Below, one piece after another: positions 54,834-64,000 of a DNA stretch of 64,000 nucleotides. The DNA is from Octopus vulgaris (lineage: Eukaryota), in NCBI GenBank assembly GCA_951406725.2, contig OX597818.1, positions 51,522,001 to 51,586,000 on the forward strand, given 5' to 3'. A program made the position numbers and the translations under genes. Each line of letters begins with the position of its first letter. The first letter of the stretch is position 1. Under the pieces are notes generated by a model. It saw nothing but the letters and a program-made list of their open reading frames with translations. It was not told the DNA's origin and did no database searches.

Positions 54834-57400
54834 CGACAGGCTTCTTTCAGTTTCCGTCTACCAAATCCACTCACAAGGCATTGGTCGGCCCGGGGCTATA
54901 GCAGAAGACACTTGCCCAAGATGCCACGCAGTGGGATTGAACCCGGAACTATGTGGCTGGTTAGCAAGCTACTTACCACACAGCCACTCCTGCGCCTATG
55001 CTCCTGCGCCACTCCTGCGCCACTCCTGCGCCACTCCTGCGCAAAAGTACCAGGGTACTTTTGCTATAACGAAATCTATATATTATGTTACATTCAGTGT
55101 TTCTTCGACTTCGGTCGACTTTGCCTTTCACCCTTTCGGGGTCGATAAATTAAGTACCAGTTACGCACTGGGGTCGATATAATCGACTTAATCCGTTCGT
55201 CTGTCCTTGTTTGTCCCCTCTGTGTTTAGCCCCTGGTGGGTAGTAAAGAAATTGGTATTTCGTCTGCCGTTACGTTCTGAGTTCAAATTCCGCCGAGGTC
55301 GACTTTGCCTTTCATCCTTTCGGGGTCGATTAAATAAGTACCAGTTACGCACTGGGGTCGATATAATCGACTTAATCCGTTCGTCTGTCCTTGTTTGTCC
55401 CCTCTATGTTTAGCCCCTGGTGGGTAGTAAAGAAATTGGTATTTCGTCTGCCGTTACGTTCTGAGTTCAAATTCCGCCGAGGTCGACTTTGCCTTTCATC
55501 CTTTCGGGGTCGATTAAATAAGTACCAGTTACGCACTGGGGTTGATATGATCGACTTAATCCGTTTGTCTGTTCTTGTTTGTCCCCTCTGTGTTTAGCCC
55601 CTTGTGGGTAGTAAAGAAACAAGAAATAGTACCTCTAAGGGATCTTTGTGGTTTTCGTCACTCTCTTTACTCTCCCTTTTACTCTTTTACTTGTTTCAGT
55701 CATTTGACTTTGGCCATGCTGGAGCACCGCCTTTTTTTTTAGTCGAGCAAATCGACCCCAGGACTTAATCTTTGTAAGCCTAGTACTTATTCTATAGGTC
55801 ACTTTTGCCGAACCGCTAAGTTACGGGGATAAACACACCAGCATCGGTTGTCAACCGATGTTGGAGGACCAAACACAGACACACAAACATACACACACAT
55901 ATATATATATATACATATATACGACGGGCTTCTTTCAGTTTCCGTCTACCAAATCCACTCACAAGGCTTTGGTCGGCTCGAGGCTATAGTAGAACACACT
56001 TGCCCAAGGTGCCACGCAGTGGGACTGAACCCAGAACCATGGGGTTGTTAAGCAAGCTACTTACCATACAGCCACTCCTGCGCCTATGTTTACAATTTTA
56101 TTCCAATTTGATATATGAATTAAGTTTTGTATACTAATTACGAAAACGAAATTTATTTTTCCTATAGATCCATTATTAAGAGTTATTAGCCGTTAAAATT
56201 TGCAAAATTTGGGTATTTTAGCCAATCAGAAGCGAGTATTTTAGGAGTGGCTGTGTAGTAAGTAGCTTGCTTACCAACCACATGGTTCCGGGTTCATTCC
56301 TAATGCGTGGCAAGTGTCTTCTACTATAGCCTCGGGCAGACCAAAGCCTTGTGAGAGGATTTGGTAGACGGAAACTGAAAGAAGCCCGTCGTATATATGT
56401 ATATATATATGTATGTGTGTGTATATGTTTGTGTGTCTTTGTCCCCTCCCCCCATCGTTGCTTGACAACTGATGGTGGTGTGTTTACGTCCCCGTAACTT
56501 AGCGGTTCGGTAAAAGAGACCGATAGAATAAGTACAAGGCTTACAAAGACTAAGTACTGGGATCGATTTGCTCGACTAAACGCGGTGCCCCAGCATGGCC
56601 GCAGTCAAAGGACTGAAACAAGTAAAAGAGTATCACCGTGGCGGAAAGTTCTGTTTCCATATTAACCAAAGATGCTGCGCATGCGCGCAAGGAGAAGGAG
56701 CTGCAAGAAAGATAATCTTTATATAATGATATTCTTCTGTATTTCTCCGTCACAACATATAAATGAGAAAGGAAGGGATGATCGATGAATAAGGAAGGAA
56801 AGGACGATGGCAAACTGGTAGAGGGAGTATATGCGTGTCTATGTAAAGGGAGGTATGTGAATTTTTTGTGCGCGTGCGTGTGCGTGTGTGTGTGCAATGG
56901 AAGTGGGATGGTGAACATTCTACGCTGAAAAGAAAAATTAAACAAAATTTCAAGTCTGCGTTGGTGTATGTGTGCCTGCCATAAGGGAAGTAGCAAAGTA
57001 CTCATGATTTTTGCTTCGTTTTTTTTTTTTTGCATGGGCGCATGTAAGTATTTCATTTATATCTATACGTATTTTCTACTGAAGAGGAAAAAAATCTATT
57101 ATGAGATTAATTCCGAAATTGATTCAATATAGAAATAACGAACTTTTTAAAAAATTCTGTTGGCTAGCTTTCCTCGATTTCAGCACAACGTATTTTTGTA
57201 GTGGGTATATAATAATATGTGGAAATTGACGATTTAAAAGTCTGTTATCAGCATATTGGCATAGAAATAATTTTCCTTTGCCCTTGTTTATAAGTTGTCT
57301 ATAATTTTAACCTTTAAAGGTATTTTAATATGCTGCCACCTTTTTGATGAATTTTTTTTCTGTAAAAAAACTTCATCCTATATTAGTAGTAGTAGTAGTA

Positions 57401-57481
<81 letters not shown>

Positions 57482-57560
57482 GACAGAAAAATATATATAT
57501 ATATAGACAGAAAAAGACTGATAGACAGACAGATAGACAGATAGACAGACTAATAGTTAG

Positions 57561-58520
57561 ATATGTTTCTTTATTAGTCACACAGGGTTGCACACAGACG
57601 GGACAGATTACAAAGTAGAGCTTTTCTTTTTGGAGAGAGAAAAAAAAAGTGGGGTAGGTTTTCGATCAAAAGGGATCGTAAAAAGGAAAGAAGAAAAAAA
57701 AGGGAAGAAAAAAAGAAAAAAAAAATGATCAATAGGGATCGTGTATCACAGAAATGTCAAGATGTTAAGTGTAAAAAGGAAAGCAGATAAGGTTTACCCG
57801 TGGAAAGAAAAGCCAACGGAAAAGACCACGGTAACCTCGGTCAATAATGTTACATGTTACCACATTTGTTTGCAAGTAGGCAACCCTCTGTTTTAGATTT
57901 TTCCGGGTTCATAGGATTATGCTCAAGGTGGCTTTGTCATTTATACGTGCCATCCTTGCTACATTCACCCATCTTTTTTTGAAACATTCGCTAGACAAAA
58001 CTTGCCTCTCTACCCTCACTTTCCTTTTCAAGTGATACTTGAAGAAGTTGATGAGAGATTGACCAGAGAGGAAAGTGTTTGTCTCTAATCCTTTCAGACG
58101 CGTCCACCAGATACATTATTTCACCATAGCCACAAGAATGATGAAAATAGCTCTTCCTTCCCGTTTGAAGGAAGGAGGCGGGACAATATTGACAATAGAC
58201 TCGACTGATAAACCGACTCGTCCCCCACGTGACAGCAGTCGTTCGACATAAGCCAACAGGTCGGAAATTGTTGGACGCTGCACGAGTGCGTGCAGAACGG
58301 TTTCGTCGCTCTGACCGCATCTCGAGCAGGTGGGCCCCGTGTTTCTTGAGCCGTGTCTGTAGAGCTTATCCCGAACGGGTAGCGCTTCTCGATAGCACTG
58401 CCAGGCCAGGGATCTCTGGAAGTTGTCCATGGGCCCTGGCCCGAAAGTCGTCCTGAACAGGCGGGTCAGGTATTCCTCGTCGACGTCCAGGTTCGCCCCG
58501 AGATGGCTTAGTTGCTTGAG
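57561..58520 (-). mobile_element. L1/Tx1-like LINE 3' fragment (zf-RVT region plus 3' UTR)
   Basis: [31 protein letters not shown]; ends aataaagaaacatat; both ends abut GATA/GACA repeats. Confidence 0.8.
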
Positions 58521-58527
58521 AGATAGG

Positions 58528-58585
<58 letters not shown>

Positions 58586-58607
58586 TGTAGACAGATAGAT
58601 AGATAGG

Positions 58608-58650
<43 letters not shown>

Positions 58651-58668
58651 GTAGATAGATAGAAAGAC

Positions 58669-58715
<47 letters not shown>

Positions 58716-58832
58716 GATAGACTGATAGATAGATTGGTAGACAAATAGGTAAATAGAAAGATAAAGAAAGTGGGAGGTAAAGAGTTGATAAATGCGAAGG
58801 AGGGGAGTAGAGAGAAGGGAGGGGAGTAAAGA

Positions 58833-58866
<34 letters not shown>

Positions 58867-59458
58867 AGGGAAGGTGTGCGAGAGAGATATAGAGAGTAAA
58901 AAAATGAGAAGGATGAGAAGGAAAGAGTAGATAAAGCAAAACGAGAGGGATGGAGTAAATGGTAAGTGGCAGGCGAAATAGTGATAGATGGTGTGGGAGA
59001 GAGAATGAGAGAGAGACTATGAGTGAAGTAAAGAGAAGACAGGAAAAGAAGAAAAGAAAAGAAAAGGCAAAGAGGAAGGCAGAGAGAGAGAGAGAGAGAG
59101 AAAGAGTGAGTGAGTGAGTGAGTGAGAGAGAGAGAGAGAGAGAGAGACGGAGAGGTGAAATTCAAACCGCTCACGAACGCCAAGAGAGAGCAGCCCGCCT
59201 TTTACAGTCTTTGTATTATGTTTCTCCGTAGACAGCTGCTGATACAGCACAAGCTCTCTGCATTTATATAAGTCAGCAAATACACACGAGGCTGTTCTAA
59301 TTTCTCGTAGGTGATATAAATAAGAAATACAAGCTGAAATTAGTCTTTGATTTAATTTATTTTTCATCATAATAAAAGATAAATCCATTTGCAAAAAAGA
59401 ACAAAAACAAAAACAGTAAAGTGTTTATATAGTAATTTTGAGTCATTAATGTCGACTT

Positions 59459-59531
59459 GGGGAATTAGCTCAGATGGTAGAGCGCTCGCTTAGCATGCGA
59501 GAGGTACCGGGATCGATGCCCGGATTCTCCA
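59459..59531 (+). tRNA. tRNA-Ala(AGC)
   Basis: Intact 73 nt. Confidence 0.95.
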
Positions 59532-59752
59532 ACTGTTAATTTTAGTTCAATCCTTTAACATTAAAGGAGTAATTTCATTTTCTTTCTAATTTCTCCGTAT
59601 ACACACATACACGCGTATTGCAACTGATCATCGTTGTCGAGTTTTTGTTTTTTCAGTATTGTTAATAGTGAAACAAAATTTCAACCTATGGTGGTGGCCA
59701 CCGTTTAATATACGAATAGACTTAGTTCTGTCACACATACATACATATATAT

Positions 59753-59982
59753 TTCTTTACTACCCACAAGGGGCTAAACACAGAGAGGACAAACAAGGAC
59801 AGACAAACGGATTAAGTCGATTACATCGACCCCAGTGCGTAACTGGTACTTAATTTATCGACCCCGAAAGGATGAAAGGCAAAATCGACCTCGGCGTAAT
59901 TTGAACTCAGAACGTAGCGGCAGACAAAATACCGCTAAGCATTTCGCCCAGCATGCTAACGTTTCTGCCAGCTCGCCGCCTT
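59753..59982 (-). mobile_element. SINE family B monomer directly downstream of tRNA-Glu
   Basis: Full head-to-tail copy on the minus strand. Confidence 0.9.
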
Positions 59983-59995
59983 GTAAAATATAACG

Positions 59996-60067
59996 TTCCC
60001 ATGCCGGGAATCGAACCCGGGCCGCCTGGGTGAAAGCCAGGAATCCTAACCACTAGACCACATGGGA
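59996..60067 (-). tRNA. tRNA-Glu(TTC)
   Basis: TCCCATGTGGTCTAGTGGTTAGGATTCCTGGCTTTCACCCAGGCGGCCCGGGTTCGATTCCCGGCATGGGAA; 72 nt, intact cloverleaf. Confidence 0.95.
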
Positions 60068-60176
60068 AGTCACAACATACATATATATCGCTGAATAAGC
60101 ACATACGTACACACAAACTAGTAATACATATAAAAGTAATAAAAAGAAGAGTGATTCAGCGTAAGCAACTAGCCAT

Positions 60177-60249
60177 TGGAGAATCCGGGCATCGATCCCG
60201 GTACCTCTCGCATGCTAAGCGAGCGCTCTACCATCTGAGCTAATTCCCC
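60177..60249 (-). tRNA. tRNA-Ala(AGC)
   Basis: Intact 73 nt. Confidence 0.95.
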
Positions 60250-61165
60250 ACTCTCTTGCTATATTCCTTAATAATAGTAATAACCTTTAAGCTTGCAGAC
60301 TTGTTACCGTCCCGGACAGATTGTTTAGTGGCATTCTTGTCTGGTTTTACGTTCTATGTTGATATGTCGCCGAGGTCGACTTCGCTTCTTAGTATTTTCG
60401 GGTGAATAAAATAAGTACCAGTTATTAACTGAGGTCGATGTAATCGCTTAGTCTACCGAAACTTTTAGGTCTTTTTGCCTATAGTAGAAAGGATTATTAT
60501 TAATATATATCTCCTTACTGCCCACAGGGGCTAAACATAGAGAGGACAAACAAGGACAGACAAAGGGAGTAAGTCGATTAGATCGACGCCAGGGCGAAAC
60601 TGATACTGTATTTATCGACCCCGAAAGGATGAAAGGCAAAGTCAACCTCGGCGGAATTTGAACTCAGAACCTAACGGCGGACGAAATACCCATTTCTTTA
60701 CTACCCATAAGGGTCTAAACACAGAGGGGACAAACAAGGACAGACAAACGGATTAAGTCGATTATATCGACCCCAGTGCGTAACTGGTACTTATTTAAAC
60801 GACCCCAAAAGGATGAAAGGCAAAGTCGACCTCGGCGGAATTTGAACTCAAAACGTAACGGCAGACGAAATACGGCTACGCATTCCGTCCTGCGTGCTAA
60901 CGTTTCTGCCAGCTCACCGCCTTTATAAAATAAGTACCAGTTATTAACTGGGGTCGATGTAATCGCTTAGTCTACCAGAACTTTCAGGTCTTTTTGGCTA
61001 TAGTAGAAAGGATTATTATTATTATTAATAGTAATAATGGGTGAATTTCTTTTATCTTTTTTTTTTCTACTTGATTTTATCATTGAACTGCGGCCAAGCT
61101 GGGGCACCGCGTTAAAGCATTTGCTCGAACAAATCGCTCCCAGGTCATATTTTAAAATCTGAAAC

Positions 61166-61415
61166 GGTACTATTTAAGAAGAGTGGTCCCGGTGCGCACA
61201 CTCGCGTACTCGTGCATCCGCGCTAGCTAGTCGTGACTAGTCGATCCTACAACGACTACCTAGCAAAGTAAATAAAACATGAAATAAATAATTTTTTTAA
61301 ATAAAGTAAATAAAACACAAAAATACAAAGTAAGGATCGACTAGTCACGACTAGCTAGTGCGGATGCGCGAGTACGCAAGTGCGCGCACCGGGACCACTC
61401 TTCTTAAATAGTACC
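61166..61415. mobile_element. foldback MITE with ~85-bp TIRs, nested in a SINE
   Basis: GGTACTATTTAAGAAGAGTGGTCCCGGTGCGC.. inverted at the other end; 9-bp TSD atctgaaac/atctgatac. Confidence 0.9.
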
Positions 61416-61517
61416 ATCTGATACTTGCACTCCTGATTTCTATTGCCGAACCGCTAGGTTACGAGAACATAAACAAGCCAACACCGGTTGTCAAGCAGTG
61501 ACAAGGCTAAACACTAA

Positions 61518-61577
<60 letters not shown>

Positions 61578-61878
61578 GGGCTTCTACAAAGTTTCCATCT
61601 ATAAGATGCATTGGTCGGCCCGATGCTCTTGTAAGAGACACTTATCCCTTTACTCAAGGTGCCTGTATAGGATTGAACCCGAAACCACGTAGTTGCAGCA
61701 TGATCTGCTTAACTGCAGAGCCACACTTGGTTCTTTGGTATCCTGGCATGAAGTGCTCGTAGAAATACCACAGTTATTTTGAAAATTGTTGGATGTAATT
61801 GTATATTTTTCTTAAACATTTAATTTTTTTTAGATGAAAATCCACATAGACAGTATTGAAAAGGTATCAGTCAATCAG

Positions 61879-61940
<62 letters not shown>

Positions 61941-61948
61941 CATCCATC

Positions 61949-62011
<63 letters not shown>

Positions 62012-62059
62012 CATCCATCCATCCATCCATCCATCCATCCATCCATCCATCCATCCATC

Positions 62060-62118
<59 letters not shown>

Positions 62119-62228
62119 AATGGGTGCGCTTTTCGACTCGTATCAGTCTACGCACCGCCCTTAACAGGTCTGGCGGATTTCTTTCAACGTCTAGAAGTAT
62201 TCTTGGGAACGTCTCGTCCATTACTCTT
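62119..62228 (+). mobile_element. L1/Tx1-like endonuclease fragment inside (TATC)n
   Basis: [33 protein letters not shown] resembles the APE-endonuclease VYAP region. Confidence 0.6.
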
Positions 62229-62444
62229 ATCTATCTATCTATTTTATTACTCTTTTACTCTTTTATTTGTTCCAGTCATGTGACTGTGACCGACCCCAGG
62301 ACTTATTCTTTGTAAGCCTAGTACTTATTCTATCTGTCTTTTTTGCCGAACCGCTAATGTTACGGGGACGTAAACACACCAGCATCGGTTGTCAAGTGAT
62401 GTTGGGAGGACAAACACATACACACACACATACATATATATACA

Positions 62445-62831
62445 TACTAGCAGTATCGCCCGGCGTTGCTCGGGTTTGTAAGGGAAATAACTATAAAGCA
62501 CTTTTAGAGAGTTATAGCCAAAAAATAGCAAAAAAAAGGGAAAAAAATGATGGTAAATTTTTTTGATAGTTAAAAAGGCCGAGTTGCGTCCCCTACACCA
62601 TCTGCGGTTTGTGTTTCTGATTGTCGACCCCATGTCGAATTTATCGATCTTTTTCTGAACTAGGGGAACTTTTCAAAATTTTCGCTGCGTTAGTTTTGAA
62701 TTATGACATTGGGCTATGTGTGTGTCAAGTTTCATCAGAATCGGTTGAAAGCCGTGGTCAGAGTGAGGGTACAAGCAAACAGACACACAGAAACACGCAC
62801 AGACAAACTGCCGTTTATATAGAGAGAGATA
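62445..62831. mobile_element. non-autonomous Helitron/Helentron-like insert within a SINE microsatellite
   Basis: tactagc..gcccggcgttgctcggg start and acagacaaac..tttatatagagag end; interrupts SINE A. Confidence 0.45.
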
Positions 62832-62985
62832 TACGACGGGCTTCTTTCAGTTTCCGTCTACTAAATCCGCTCTCAAGGTTTTGGTCGGCCTGAGGCTATA
62901 GTAGAAGAGACTTGCCCAAGGTGCCACGCATTGAGACTGAACCCGGAACCATGTGGTTGGTAAGCAAGCTACTTACCACACAGCC

Positions 62986-63024
<39 letters not shown>

Positions 63025-63030
63025 TCTATC

Positions 63031-63390
63031 GATTTTTTTTATTTGCAAAAAAAAAAGAAATATAACATGTGACTTCATTGACCGAGGTTACCGTGGTCTT
63101 TTCCTTAGGCTTTTCTTTCCAGGGGTAAACCTCACCTATCTTCCCCTTTACATTTCATATTGACATTTCTGTGATAACGATCCCTATTGATCTAATTTTT
63201 TTCCTTCCCCTCCCCCCCCCCTTAAAAAAAATTTATTTTATCCCCCCCTTTTTTTGTCCTCTTTCTTTCCATTTACGATCCCTTTTGATCGAAAACCAAA
63301 CCCCCTTATTTTACCCCCAAAAGAAAAGCTCTACTTTGTAATTTTGCCCTGTCTGTGTGCAGCCTTGTGTGGCTAATAAAGAAACATATC
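63031..63390 (+). mobile_element. 3' UTR of the same L1/Tx1-like family
   Basis: ttgaccgaggttaccgtggtcttttcc and gaaaagctctactttgtaat shared with 57561-57900(-); follows (TATC)n. Confidence 0.8.
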
Positions 63391-64000
63391 TATAGATCGA
63401 ACTATTTATCTGTCTGTTTGTTGAAAAAATGTCCACGCGATAATGAAAGGTTCATAGAAAATGCAAAGTTCTGCACATCGTTTTCTCTTTTTTTCCTGAA
63501 AACTATAAAAAGTAATAATTTTTTTGTTTGTGTTTTAATAAAAATATAAGTGCGAGTGTACCTAGCTGGCCAATGTACTCTCCTTCGACCTTTGATTACC
63601 CTGTCAGTATGAAATGTATTGCTGTTGGATAACCCTTTCTACTGTAGGCACAATGCCTGAAAATTTTGGGGGGAGGTTTATATCGACCCCAGTGCCTAAC
63701 TGGTGTCCTTTCTGCACTGTTTTTGGTGAAGAAGCGAGTTAGACGGATCTGCTCTTCTTTGTGCCTCCTGTCGCGATGTGGGTTGACCTGGGATTTCAGG
63801 TAGAAATTTGTACAGGTGCTTTTTGAAGATTTCCACATCTGCACTTCGCAAATCTCTGACTTTGTTTAGCCAGATGTTAATACAATTGTGGTCCTCTGAA
63901 ACCCAAGCTGTTGCAGTACTGGGTCCTTATCCGAGATGAAGAAGATGAAATCTTTATTATCATGCAGGCGTTGGAGTGGCTGTGTGGTAAGTAGCTTGTT

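Noticed and set aside
55110-55620. CRISPR-like regular repeats
   Set aside because: Whole 184-bp units repeat with no unique spacers; eukaryotic SINE multimer

Overview
Repeat-dense, AT-rich animal DNA. The SINE families and microsatellite load resemble an octopus genome; this is recall, not a database hit. No credible host protein-coding gene is visible: nearly all long ORFs are translations of microsatellites, including a ~3.2 kb (CCAT)n block. The functional content is a dispersed tRNA gene cluster from ~24.5 to 60.2 kb, sorted into blocks: Ala-TGC, then Gln-TTG/CTG, then Ala-AGC with one Glu-TTC. It holds about 16 near-intact genes plus decayed copies, repeatedly arranged as tandem or inverted duplications. 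The rest is SINEs, MITEs (one family carries telomeric repeats), LINE, Penelope, mariner and hAT remnants, and a 5S rRNA pseudogene. Top observations: (1) an intact tRNA-Glu apparently inserted together with a SINE as one TSD-flanked unit, with empty paralogous sites in the same window; (2) several minimal hammerhead-ribozyme motifs, one downstream of a tRNA-like head; (3) three L1/Tx1-like fragments all in (TATC)n tracts, whose 3' end resembles the tail of a multimerising SINE. tRNA, TIR and TSD coordinates were counted by hand; other repeat boundaries are approximate.
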